64,000 bases of DNA from Hamiltosporidium tvaerminnensis FI-OER-3-3 (Eukaryota; Fungi; Microsporidia), in the NCBI GenBank assembly GCA_022605425.2, contig CM061250.1:930001-994000 (forward strand). Direction: 5' to 3'. How positions within the stretch are numbered: position 1 is the first letter of the stretch; each line of letters starts with the position of its first letter. The translations under genes and the position numbers were made by a program. Below the pieces are notes generated by a model that was given only the letters and a program-made list of their open reading frames with translations, did no database searches and had not been told where the DNA came from. Positions 14,290 to 28,302 of the stretch are shown one piece after another.

Positions 14290-14820
14290 TGAAAACATCT
14301 TTTTTAAAAAAAATTTAGGTTTATATTGCTTAAGAACTGGAACATAATTTTAAATTTAGATATTTAACTGACCCTTTCCTCTTCCTTTAGCAAAAGACCT
14401 TTAGTATCCCCTGGGATATCTATTTCGCCAAACTATAGTCTAAATTTTTCGAAGAACCCATTTGATTCGCAAAGACCTTGCCTGGTTTCGTTATTGTCTA
14501 TTTACCAAAGTATTTTGCAGGTCGAGACCAACCCTAGCCTTTACAAGACTAGCAGGATTACCACTTACTTTAAAATTTCCGAATCCGATATCCTTCCAGC
14601 TAAGATATATGTCCGAAACTTATAGAAATCTCGAAGACTTCATATACTATATTAACAAAAATAAACTTCTAATTAGTATTTCTGGCATTTTAAATAGTAT
14701 TTTTTCGTATTTCCCGGCCGCTTAGTCTTCTAACTTGAAAGAAAATGGTTATGCTCCCATGCACCTGAATGACTATATCTAAGATTCTAACCCGATTTTG
14801 CATCTAATTCCTCAAATCAG
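14290..14820 (-). mobile_element. Old degenerate copy D of the ~725-bp SINE-like element
   Basis: Recognisable blocks (agtatcccctgggatatcta, ccagctaagatatatgtc, gcttagtcttctaac) in the same order as copy C; far end unclear. Confidence 0.6.
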
Positions 14821-15449
14821 GAAAGGCTTTTGACAAATAATTTAATATTTTGTAAAGTATCTGCCTTTTATACATTTACTCATATTAAACTGGAAATATA
14901 CTATATTTTTATTTCATCATACAAGAAAACAATAGTTTTCCCTAAGAATTCACATATACCTTGTCAAACAATTGGTTTTTAGTTTTACAAATTCTCATTT
15001 TAGAACTACTTCAATCATATTTTATGAAAGGAGGCTCGAGCTCTCCAAGGGCTGTAGCGCCGCAGGGTTCAATTTGTTAATAAAATATCTTGAAAAAGTC
15101 ATAAGAAATGGAATTAATTTCTTTGGGGAATTCGACCATACAAAACCCATGATACCGAACTTTAAGATCAATGTTTCTATAATATATAATCCTATAAAAA
15201 AACTTTACATGATTTAAAAAAAATAGGATTACTTCTTCGTGAGACGTGTAATTTTTTTCCTGGAAAAAATGTAAAAATTATCTATTCCTTAATCTTTTTT
15301 TTATATAGAAAATCATGATATTAGTGTTTTAAGCATTAAAATAATAGAAATATGTCAAGATTAGAACTTTTAGGATTTAACCTTATACAAAACATTTGGA
15401 ATCTTTTTGAACAAAAATATAGATCAATTATTATATTTATCTATAAATG

Positions 15450-16158
15450 ATGGAAGGAGGATAACCACAATAAAAACTATATACTGTGCAATGAATATTT
15501 GAAATTGGTTTATCAAATCATTCTCTAAATTTTTAGTTGGAATAAAGCCACACTTGATTTTTGTTTGTTCATGAGGGTTGGCTTGGGAAAGAGAAGGCCA
15601 CAAAATGGCGAAACTTTTTTTGCAATATAATTTTTGTAGGTTTTATGCAACTAGATTACGATCCGCATTATTATTTCCCGTAATTAAGATGTAAAACCAT
15701 GTAAGCCTCGGATGCTTACTTGGGTAAAGATACTTGGTGTGGAAAGACCAAAAGCAAATTTTGAAGCCAGGAATACTAATCAGCAGGTTACGCCCTTTAG
15801 TCTAACAGTGTATTGTAAGTGGATTCCATGCAAATCACCGAGATATATCTTAGTAGGAAGTTTATTACGTTCAGACAACGCAAAGTAAGTGGGAATGCTA
15901 CATATTTGCGGAGAGTTCGAGTAGGGTTTCACCTACGACCCACTTTATGCAACGAAATTTAAGGAACATGGAGCAACTTCTCTGTTCATTTATTAAATTC
16001 TACACATCTTTTGGATGAAAGGCATTTGGTTATAGTTATCTAGAAATTTGTATGAATGTTGGAATATAGTTATTTTTGTAAAACCTAATCATTTTCACTG
16101 TCATTAAAACAATATAAAACTTGCCAATTGTATAAAAAATGTGATATTTTTAAATAGA
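15450..16158 (+). mobile_element. Older full-length copy E of the SINE-like element
   Basis: Begins atggaaggaggataaccaca, contains gtaagtgggaatgcta and ttctacacat, ends aaaatgtgatatttttaaatag. Confidence 0.75.
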
Positions 16159-16218
16159 ATTAAATCATAAATATTTTTATTTATTAATAAACACACTTTG
16201 ATTATTTTAATATTAATA

Positions 16219-18606
16219 TCAGTTATGATAAGAATGGCTTGTTAGAATAAGACTGTTCGTGCTCATTTGATCTAATAAATGGTTTTTTTCTTCTATAAAA
16301 TTTGAAGAAACAGAATACGATATATTTAAATATTCCAATTTTAAAATATATTTACTATCTATTTTTAGAAAGCATTTATCGGGTGTATAGCAACAGTCGA
16401 AAACTATAGGGTTTAAATGCTTGAAAGCGGTTATCAGATCAATATCACTTCTGTATAGTTCTATTTTTATGAGAATAAGTTCTTCAATAACATATTCTTT
16501 CTCGGAATTGAATAAACAGTTAAATTTTATATTTTTAAATTTACAGTTTTCAATTTCTAAATAGATAAGTGATGTTAGGTTTTCAAATGAAAGCTTATCT
16601 CTTTTATCGATTTTACAATCGTAAATGCTAAATCCTTTTAAATCTTGCATTTTTATATCAAAAAACAAAGTTTTTAGTGTTCCTGGGGAAAATCCACTTC
16701 CAAAATGAAATTTTTCTACAATTTTACAAGCTAAGAAAAATATAGTCTTCACAGAAGAGCTTTCAATCGAATTAATGGCAAAGTTCTCAAGGGTTTTATT
16801 CGATAAAAAACTTCTTAATTCATTTGTAAATAATATTTTAGAAATATTTTTCCCTGGAATAGCAAAACATTTTAAATTATCTAATAATTGTAATAAAAGT
16901 AAAACATTTATATGATTGTCTTCAAAATCATGAATGATATTGAATTCTTCAATTTCATTGCCCGATTCATAAAATAAGGTATTTTTAATATCTATATATT
17001 TACAATTTTTAACGAATAAACTACGCAAACCTGATAAACTAAAGATTGCTTTCATAAAATCTTCTGTAATTCTACACTTTTGTAAAATAAGCTTATCAAT
17101 AAATTTTAAAACTGTTAATTCATTAAAAGAAGTTTTTGCTATTTTATGAGGAAAATTATAAATTTCAATACTTTTTAGATTTATAAATATATCAAATAGA
17201 CTTAATATTTCTTCTGATATGGATGTTCTAATATAAACAAATAATTTAATAATCTCATTCTTCATCAAAATTAGATCGCGTATTTCTCTGATCTTTGTAT
17301 TTTTTGTAATAAAATATTCTTTATTTTCTGGTATTCCTTTACAATCAATTAGTTTATAAAGATTTTTTTCAAAATTATCTGAAATTCTAAATTTAATTGC
17401 TTGGATTATAGCCATAATCCTTTTTTCGCTGTTGAATTTCTTATCAATTTTTCTTTTCACATTAAAAATAACAAATATGATTTCTAGTTTATCAAATACA
17501 TCAAAGAAAATTTTCTTTCGGACTGAATTTGTGTATTTATAAAATGAAAACGTTTTATGCTCTTGAATACCTTGTCATTCATTAACCTTAGAATTGTTTC
17601 ATCTTTTATTATTTGATTGAAAAATATAATTTCATCCAAACAGCCTACGAACAAACTCAATATGTCACTTACATACAAGAAAAGAATACTAGAATAATAA
17701 AATATAAACTTTCTAATATTAAATATATGGAAAAAACAATAAAAAAGTTCGAATATGAGTTCATTTTTCTTAGAAAGTTTCTTTATGATAGAAATCGAAC
17801 CCTCTGAGACCGAAAATACACGTAAATTCCCTCCTAAAAATTCAAGTCTGTGTTCATCTATTAAAAAATCTATAAAATAATTCTCAAAGAACGAATCATT
17901 ATTTGGATCAAAATCGATGAAGTTTTTATACATTCTCAAAAATAAAATGTCTTCCATTTTTTTAGAGACTCCAAATATCCGTTCAAAGCGTAAAAAATCT
18001 ACTTTAAATGCCCTCCTATCAGTTTCCAAATAATTATAAACTTTCCTTATGAGTAAATCGATAATTTTATAAAAGTTTTCATCAATGATTGTTTCAAGAT
18101 ATTCAAATATACTTATAAATGGACAGAATTGTTTTATAGATAAATTTTTTTTTGATATGTAAAAATCATTTAGGAAATCACTAAAAATTTTAAATTCATT
18201 GTAATCGTAATTTGATATTTCGATATTTATTTCGTTATTTATTCCTGAATTTACTTCATTATTGCTTTTCCTAAATAATAAGTTAAATTTACAAGGAAAT
18301 TTTTCGATGTTTGAAACAACAATTTTGCTTGTAATTTTTTTCTTATTTTTTATATCAGTTCCACCAGAATGAATTTTTTCGTTTCGAGGAATTGTTTTTA
18401 TTTTCAACGGTTTTTGAATGTGTAGATACAACAAATTCTTGTTTCAAATTAAAGGTATTTGATTCATCACTAAATGTTTCTTTCCAGTAAAAAACCACAT
18501 CTTTGTTCCTTGATATACTAAAGTTAAGTAGTAAAAGATATATCTGAAGATCATTTTTAAATTTGCAACTTATAATGAAAAATATCAATCTTAAAAATAT
18601 AATCAT
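16219..18606 (-). pseudogene. LRR-family gene split by two frameshifts (signal peptide, N-terminal domain, LRRs)
   Basis: ORFs 18355-18606 (hydrophobic N-terminus), 17484-18434 and 16219-17460 abut in different frames; LRRs such as FSLSGLRSLFV and ENLTSLIYLEI; similar to the 13423 ORF. Could be intact if the shifts are sequence errors. Confidence 0.7.
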
Positions 18607-19668
18607 ACAAACAGAAAGGCATCTTTTTTTTTATTTATTGATAAAATTCTAAAGTCTGTTCTATTCTAATAAAATATTTGGCCTCAGATTGATGTTTGTC
18701 TTATAATAAAATTTTCAAATTTAAGAAATTTCAGTTATAATATTTATAATCCTTCCCGGAATAGAAATTTGAAAATAAGTTATATAGCTAATAATTGATC
18801 AAAAAATTGTAACTTGATTTACACGATGCCAAATTATTTTTGAAATATTTTTAAACATTTCGATGTTTACAATATCTATTATCTTTTTCTATAGACAAAT
18901 AAATTCTTAGGCCAGATTTTTAATCTAATTATATTCTACTTGTAATTCATTTGTACAAATTTGTTTTTATTTAAAAGTTCTTTTATTTGTTCTTATTTCT
19001 CAATTTAAATGTATTTTATTGCTCCAAAGAAATACTTCGATATTCAACTATAAACGGGGTATTTGGAAATACAGCGGAATGCAAAAATCAACTCTAATAG
19101 GTGGCAGATATCTACAAAATAACACTTTGATCTCGAAATACATAAAACTGTATGACGAAATTCCCATAGGTTGTTAAGTAAGCCAAAATACTTGATCAGT
19201 TATTTTAAAAGAATTTGAAGATTTATTAAATTATTTGTATAATAATTAAAATAAACTTATAGAATTGTTTACAATCATAAACCTCAATATACAATATCTA
19301 TAAATTTGAGTATTGGTATCTTTAGTACTAATTTTTTGAAAGATAATAAAAATTTTATGTTTCTCTAATTTTAATAATACAATGTTTTTGTATTTATATG
19401 AATATTTTGTGAGAAAATAACTTGTTTTTACTTTCGTAAAATTATAAGATGCAATACTATATTTTGATAAGAGATTATATGCTAATTATCTCTAACTTAA
19501 AACTAAACACCATCACCAAGTCAAAGAAAACCTTATCTGGACTTTTTAATTGTATAGATGGTAATGCTAAAACAAATAAGATTTTAAAATGATGGCAAAT
19601 GTTCTTATTTCAAAAAATTTGATTTGAAAAAAGTTTTTTGCAATAAATTATATTCTTTCACTAGACTT

Positions 19669-20392
19669 GTGGAGGGTGGATAATCACATAAAAAACTTTC
19701 TGCTTGGCAATGAGTGTGTGAAACTGGTGTGAGGTCATTGTTTGGATTTTTGGTGGGAATAAAACCACACTACATCTTCGTTGTTCGATGGGAATTGTTA
19801 TGAAGAGGAGAGGTCTAAGAAATGGAGAAACTTTTTTTACAAATTTATTTGTAGTTTTTTATGTAACCAGATTGCAAACCGCAGCTAAACTTGTGGGTAA
19901 TGCCATGTAAAAGCATGGAAAACTAGCCTTGCTCACTCGGGTTAGAAGACTTAGCGCCTGAAAGATATAAAACAAAAAGCTATTTAAAGCCAGGAAAGCT
20001 AGGTAGCAGGTTATACCTGTTGGTATGACATTGCACTGTATAAGTGAACCCCATGTAAGTCTCTGAAATATATCTTAGATAGAAGTTTATTGGGTTCAGA
20101 AGGTGTAGAATAAGTGGGAATGCTGCATAGTCTTGGGTGAGCCCGGGAAGCTTCGGCCTTCGATCACACTCCATGCAACGGACATTAACGACCTCCGGGC
20201 AACTGCCTCGCCTATTAATTAGGTTCTACACATTTGTTAGATGAAAGGCTTTAGGACGTAGGTACCGCTGGGGTTACTTATGGAGTTTTGGGGTAGCAGT
20301 TATTTATGTTAAACCTAGAACTACGTTAATGTCATAAAAACAAATATAACACTTGCCACTTTTTAAAAAAGAAGTGATTTTTTTAAATAAAG
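19669..20392 (+). mobile_element. ~725-bp SINE-like element, copy B
   Basis: Starts GTGGAGGG, ends AATAAAG; 19-bp TSD tatattctt(t/a)cactagact at 19649-19667 and 20393-20411 with one mismatch. Confidence 0.9.
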
Positions 20393-22254
20393 TATATTCT
20401 TACACTAGACTCTCTACTGATAAAATAAAAACATTCGAGTAAAAAAAAGATAATAATAAAAAGAAATTCACAACCAGTGCTGATTATGTGAATAAATATA
20501 AAAAATGATGTAATAATAAGGATAATACATAACATAAATACTTTGTTTTTCTTCTTCTACGACCAGAATAAATACTTATAAAGAAATATATACCTGTTAT
20601 ATTAGAAGATCCTTTTTTGCTCGGTGAAAGCATTGTTTATCGAATAAATTGCTTGACTTTACTTTTACGTTATTATTTTATTATCATTTGAAGGAATTAT
20701 AAATGAAGAAACACTATATTATTTACCTTTATCAATTTTGGTAAAATATATGAATGTTAAGGAATAAAACATTTTTTAAGTACTATGGTCAGTCTGTGTT
20801 GTATTTTATTTGATTAAACAAGTCGTTTCATTCTTTTTATCGAAATGTTTGTCTGTTTCCTAAAAACCTATAAATACCAAAAAATAAGGTTTAAACGCAG
20901 CAAAAAGCTTTAATCCTGTTAAATTTGATACTTAATTTTAATTATTTGATATTAACATAAATTCTCTCATAATAAGTTATAGCCACAACAATAATTTATC
21001 TTGTTGTTTTTTGATGCGGCTAAGATATAAAGAAAAGAAATAATGTAAATGTACTGAATCTTTGGAGTCTTAAATTAAATACTTTTTTTAAAAAATCATG
21101 GTAGTAGCCTCCAAATTTTTTTTCAAATCGTTCTGGATAAATTTAAATTGATTTTCGGTTAAATTTTTAAATCATATCTATACAGACATTTAGGCATATT
21201 TTTACCTTCTAAATTAGATATCATGTGCCTTAGAAATGATTTTTCTATTCATTGATACACAATACAATCAGTTTTTAAAATTTTTAAGGATTAATTAAAC
21301 CCCATTTATACGTTAAAAAAATAATTTTAACTGATTTTTTGAATAAGAAATGTTAAACCAATTTCAAATTAAATATTCGAGTCTAAAGGCTTAACAAATA
21401 ATGACTGTTTCTTCGATAATAGAATAGTACAATTTTTTTATATTGCATGCAAAACCATATTGGGTTTTTAGTAATAAATTATTGTTTCAAAATGTTTGAT
21501 CTAAAACGATAAAAACAAAGTCTAAAAGTACCTGAAAAATGCTTACAAACTTCGGTTTTTATTTACTCAAATATGTATTTCATATAAAAGTAGAATAAAA
21601 TATTTATTTTTTGCAAAAGAACGATATAAAATTTTAAAAAAAAAACTTCAATGACTTTTTTATATAATCTAGCTTGTTTTATCATATTTTTTGATAAATT
21701 TCGTTTTTGTATGTGCAAATTAAACTTTGATACATTTGTTATAATTTTTTTAGATATTTAACCAGTATTTGATTTACTAAACTGTTATCCGACTTCTGGC
21801 CTTGAATTTTACACATTTTTTTTATTTTTATTTTATTTAACTGTTCTTTTAATTGATTATTTGGAATTGCAAGGTATACTTTATTTTGTCAAAAATTCTC
21901 ATTTTTACTAGGAATTTAAATTTGAAACCACATGCACGAACATTTAAAACTGGTTAAGTAAATTAAAATAAGAATTGTGAAAACAGAATAAGAATTTAAG
22001 GAGTTTTTTATATATTTTAAACATGAGATAATTTTTAAAAAAGCCAATATTCATGAATATAACCTATAGTAATAATTTTCAACATATGTAATTACTATTT
22101 GATACATAGGTAGATTTCCGGAAAACCCTAAAATATAATTTGTTTTGGAATTAAAAAAATTATTTATCTACAATATTTTCTGTAGATCGTCTTGATCATG
22201 ATACCTGTATTTGATTTTTTGATTCAAATAATTAAAGCTGTTAATATAAATTTT

Positions 22255-23288
22255 AAAAAAAGCTGGGTTTAACCCATTTTCTTCTGGTTTTTTTTATCGC
22301 CAATAGTTTCCTTCTGAATCCGACTCTTCATTTATGTTTATTGTCTGTTCCTCCAATGTGGTTCCTCCTTCTGAAATAGCAATGTATTGGTTTATGCTTA
22401 ATGCCATCTTTAACTTTACTGGTTTCCACTAAAGTTTTGTTGGTTCTTCGTGTATCTCGTTTTTTCAATAACACCATTGACGCTTCTTTTCAAGTCTCTC
22501 TGACATTTATTCCGACTCAATTACTCTTTGACATTATAAGAGACTTGCTTCGTCGGTCTTCTTAAGTACAATTAAATCGATGTATGCCCCTACATTCATG
22601 TGTTTTTGCAGTCTTCTGTGGTATGAAATATGGTATTTTACCACAATACCGAGCCAGGTCATCAACAAAGAGGTTATTTAAATACTGCCCTTATTTACCA
22701 GTTCAACTCATTACTTAGCAGATGATACTTCTTAAGTATTTTAGTCGCAACCATGTTAATTTAATCCTGTTATGTGATTCCTAATTTTATATGTTTTATC
22801 TATTCTTCTTCTTAGCTAAAATAAATATGTCGGGTATATTATTCCGGATCTTGACATCAGTTTTTATCCTGATATCCACTCTTATCTCAGTATGCTAGTT
22901 TTCAAGATTTTCTTTGACTGAGTGGCTTCTAATATGTTTTGAAGACTTAAACTTATATCTATTTAGCAAGAGGTGCGGGTATCTAACCACTTCATTATAC
23001 CGCCTGATATAATCCTGATCTGGCATTTTCTCACATCGAGTTTCTAGATGATATACTGTTTTACTAGACTTGCCGCAATGTTGACACATACCTTTTGCTC
23101 CGCCAGGCTACGTTTCTATCTTGAATATAACATAACATTTCTTCTTCACGTGGTCCAATATTTCCTTTCTTTAGCTATCTGTAAGAGCAACTAACATTTA
23201 AAAGCCCTTTTTTTTCTGCGTTAATCCACTTTGCGCGAAATTTTGCCTTTTCTATTTCGTTATATAACTTTGCAAGTTGAGCTTCAAT
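22255..23288 (-). mobile_element. 5'-truncated RLE non-LTR retrotransposon, decayed copy
   Basis: CQHCGKSSKTVYHLETRC finger and collinear DNA similarity to 5950-7110 and 54885-56165. Confidence 0.85.
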
Positions 23289-24231
23289 AAAAGCTAATAA
23301 TGAAATGTAAAACCTTTAAATCTAATTAATACTCCCTTAAATCCTTTTCATATTTGTTTCGAAATATAAAATATGTATCCTTCTTCGATACTTAACATAT
23401 ACATCAGCTTGTATTATGCCCTCTATCTTTATTTATAAACACATATTTTTAAGCATAATGCACATATGCAATTACTAATTTTTAAGTAATACTTTAATTT
23501 ATATTCATTTAAATAGAATTATTTGACCAACAAACCTTGATTCTAAAACCTAGTAAACCAATACCAAAGCATTTTTCACAATTAATCTCTAAATACTCAA
23601 TACCTACCTCAAATTTCTCAATGTAAATATAATTTCTATATTTTTAATATTAAAATACTTAACAAAACAAAAATATATAATTACTAATAAACAACTACTT
23701 AACCAACTTTAAATCTACAAATATTTTACATAAAACACCATTTCTCCTCAACCATTCAATTTACTCCCAACAATATAAAACAAGGGCATAAATTAAATTA
23801 TTTTTTATAAAAATTTTCTTCTTTCTTTACATACAAATACAAATTAAATAAATATTTTATTTAAAATACTCTAAACTCCTAAAAATAAAAACGTAATATT
23901 TACTTATAACCTCAAAATAATACAGTATTAAGTAATCAATATATAATTATAAACTTAAAAAAGATATATAAACTGTAATTTAATTTTAAAATAATACAGT
24001 ATTAATCAATATATAATTATAAACTTAATATATTTACTGTAAGTATATTATAATAAATATACTTACAATAAATATAAAAACCTTAAAAAATACTTAACTA
24101 TTAAACTTACAATAAATATACTTACAATAAATATACTTACAGTAAATATACTTATAATTACTTAAAATAAACATTTAAATATAAATATAAATATATTAAT
24201 TATAAATTATTTTAATAAAATAACTCTATTC

Positions 24232-25407
24232 CTACTCTTTTAAACCATCAACAATACTAAACAACACACCTCTTACTCTCTTACTAACACCTCTAATCAT
24301 AGCAATTCTACAAATAACATCTCTATAATACTCCTTATTATCACCAAACAACATATTACACCTCTCAAGTATAACATTTAAAGTACTTATATCTTTACAC
24401 TTACTTATATACTCTATAAGTAAATCTTTATCTTCTTTATTTAATACTTTCTTTTCTATTAACACACGTAATATAAAGTTTTTAATTTCTAATTCTTTTA
24501 TTTCTAAAAATAATTTAAAAATAATATCTTGTCTAGTCATAACACTATAATCAGGTATATGTGGATCTATATGGTTAAAGGGGTGTTGTTCTATAAGATT
24601 GTTATTAACGGGGTGTTGTTCTATAAGGTTGTTATTAACAGGGTGTTGTTCATTAGTACTGTTACTAGCACCCTGTTGTTTATTAGTACTGTTACTAGTA
24701 CCCTGTTGTTTATTAGTACTATTGATAACACCCTGTTGTTTATTAGTACTGTTACTAGTACCCTGTTGTTCATTAGTACTATTGATAACACCCTGTTGTT
24801 TATTAGTACTTTTAGTAACATCCTGTTGTTTATTAGTACTGTTACTAGTACCCTGTTGTTTATTAGTACTATTGATAACACCCTGTTGTTTATTAGTACT
24901 GTTACTAACACCCTCTAATCTACCTATAATGTTACTAACACCCTCTAATCTACCTATACTGTTACTAACACCCTCTAATTTACCTATACTGTTACTAACA
25001 CCCTCTACCCTACCCTTATCACCCTCACCCCTAACAAGACACTCTATAATCTTACATATTAAATAATAAAACTTATCTTTCCTGTTATTCTCAATATCAC
25101 TCCACATACAAATAACACTTCTCAACATATCAATAACATAACACTTATCCAAATCTTTTATATTTATAGATTCTTTAATATCATCTACATTATCTAAATC
25201 TTTCATATTCTTTGTATTCTTTGTATTATCTACATTATCTAAATCTTTCATATTCTTTATATTCTTTATATTCTTTGTATTTATAAATTCTTTATCAATA
25301 AATTCTTTTTGTTTTTCGTATTTTGGTAGATTGTATAGATTTAAAAGGAAATTTTCTATTTTTTCTTTGTTTTTATCTTTTAGTGTGTCTTGTAGTACTT
25401 GTGTCAT
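24232..25407 (-). CDS. Nop52/Rrp1-like nucleolar protein with a large internal tandem-repeat insertion
   Basis: MWSDIENNRKDKFYYLI matches the Nop52-family W..ID..R.DKF..L motif; 10-aa repeats (NSTNKQQGV) encoded by 30-bp units at ~24570-25010. Confidence 0.6.
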   Translation of the reverse strand: MTQVLQDTLKDKNKEKIENFLLNLYNLPKYEKQKEFIDKEFINTKNIKNIKNMKDLDNVDNTKNTKNMKDLDNVDDIKESINIKDLDKCYVIDMLRSVICMWSDIENNRKDKFYYLICKIIECLVRGEGDKGRVEGVSNSIGKLEGVSNSIGRLEGVSNIIGRLEGVSNSTNKQQGVINSTNKQQGTSNSTNKQQDVTKSTNKQQGVINSTNEQQGTSNSTNKQQGVINSTNKQQGTSNSTNKQQGASNSTNEQHPVNNNLIEQHPVNNNLIEQHPFNHIDPHIPDYSVMTRQDIIFKLFLEIKELEIKNFILRVLIEKKVLNKEDKDLLIEYISKCKDISTLNVILERCNMLFGDNKEYYRDVICRIAMIRGVSKRVRGVLFSIVDGLKE

Positions 25408-25589
25408 TAGAGGGGTGTTATATAAAGGAGTATGTAAATAAAAATGTAAAAATGGTAGAGGTTGTAGTGTTAGTAGAGTAGAGTGTTATAAGGATATGAT
25501 ATTGGGTGTTAACTATACTACTAATAAATTACTAATAACTATAAGGGTGTTAACTATAATACTATTATATCACAGGGTGTTAACTAAAC

Positions 25590-26060
25590 TACTAAGAATC
25601 TACTAATACTTATCACCCGTTAATTATCTAAGAATCTACTAATACTTATCACCCCGTTAACTATCTAAGAATCTAGTAATACTTATCACCCTTTAACTAT
25701 CTTATAATCTACTAATACTTATAACCCTTTAACTATCTTATAATCTACTAATACTTATCACCCCGTTAAATATCTAAGAATCTACTAATACTTATCACCC
25801 CGTTAACTATCTGAGAATCTACTAATACTTATAACCCGTTAACTATCTGAGAATCTACTAATACTTATCACCCTTTAACTATCTTATAATCTACTAATAC
25901 TTATAACCCGTTAATTATCTAAGAATCTACTAATACTTATCACCCGTTAACTATCTAAGAATCTACTAATACTTATCACCCGTTAACTATCTAAGAATCT
26001 ACTAATACTTATCACCCTGTTAACTATCTAAGAATCTACTAATACTTATCACCCTGTTAT
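25590..26060. repeat. Minisatellite, ~36-bp unit, ~13 copies
   Basis: Unit aactatctaagaatctactaatacttatcacccgtt. Confidence 0.95.
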
Positions 26061-26101
26061 CTATGTATTATACCACTCTACCCTACCCCTTACCACAATA
26101 A

Positions 26102-26362
26102 CTACATACCCTCTAACACCCTTCTTGCTTCATTAATCTTAGCAGCCAAATAAGGTGACCCTTTACGATCAGGATGGTTAATAAACAACACCTCTTTATA
26201 CCTTCTATCTATCTCTTCCTTACTAACACCCTTTACTTCTAATATACTTTTAGCTTCTTTAATATCCATAACTTGTTTAAATCCTAATAAATTTGTCTTT
26301 AGAATAGAAGGTGTTATTTTTGTAAGAACAGATGATATTATTTTGTTTATAGTGGTTAGCAT
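26102..26362 (-). CDS. PAM18: Mitosomal import motor J-protein Pam18/Tim14
   Basis: GFKQVMDIKEAKSILEV...NHPDRKGSPYLAAKINEA is the Pam18 J-domain signature; CCC upstream. Confidence 0.93.
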   Translation of the reverse strand: MLTTINKIISSVLTKITPSILKTNLLGFKQVMDIKEAKSILEVKGVSKEEIDRRYKEVLFINHPDRKGSPYLAAKINEARRVLEGM

Positions 26363-26429
26363 TTAAAGGGTTATAAAAAAAGAGAGACTTATAGGATTGT
26401 GTAGGGTGTTAGAGAGTAATGGGGTGTAG

Positions 26430-27015
26430 TAAAGTAATAGGGTGTTAGTTATAGATGTGTGAATAAGAGGGTGTTAGTTATTGTAGGGCTGTCTTAGAGG
26501 GTGTTAATAGACAGGTTTGTGAATAAGAGGGTGTTATTTACTAAGTGTCTGAATAAGAGAGTGTTAGTTAACAGAATTGTAAATACAAGGGTGTTAGTAT
26601 TAGGATTTTAAATACAATGGTGTTAGTATTAGACTAGTAAATAAAAGGGTGTTACCTATGAGTATTCTAAATACAAGGGTGTTAGTATTAGGATTTTAAA
26701 TAAAAGGGTCTTAGTATTAGAATTGTAAATAAAGGGTCTTAGTATTAGAATTGTAAATACAAGGGTGTTACTTATAGACTAGTAAATAAAAGGGTGTTAG
26801 TAATATGTGCGTGAATATAAGGGTGTTAGTTATAGAGGTTTGTGAATAAGAGGGGGTTACTTATGAGGATTGTAAATACAAGGGTGTTAGTATTCGAATT
26901 GTAATAAAGGGTGTTATTAATATGTGTGTGAATAAGAGGGTGTTATTTATTTGGTATTTAGATAAGAGGGTGTTACTAAAAAAAGATATCTATAAGGGTG
27001 TTAATATGGAGTAGT
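26430..27015. repeat. Diverged ~29-30-bp tandem array with fixed core AGGGTGTTA and variable linker, ~20 units
   Basis: aata(a/c)(g/a)agggtgtta(g/t/c) recurs about every 30 bp with ~12 variable bases between. Confidence 0.9.
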
Positions 27016-27069
27016 AATTATAAGTCTTGACTATAAAGAAGGTAAATAAGCAGATCTTAAGTATAACTA

Positions 27070-28155
<1,086 letters not shown>

Positions 28156-28302
28156 AACAAAAGTATATTTATTAAAACAACACTCTAACCATAACCCTAT
28201 ATAACACATTACTTATAACTAACCCCTCTATATCCTACATCCCTCCTAATACTCCTCTATATCCTACATCCCTATATCCTCTAACATCCTCTCTATATCC
28301 CT

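Noticed and set aside
15330-15420. DL..IQNIW resembling the Tc1 SPDLNPIENLW motif
   Set aside because: A single frameshifted motif with no supporting DDE residues or TIRs.
26430-27015. CRISPR-like look (fixed core plus variable spacer)
   Set aside because: Eukaryotic context, no cas genes; the core is only ~10-16 bp, and the linkers are ~12 bp and related to one another, so it is a diverged minisatellite.
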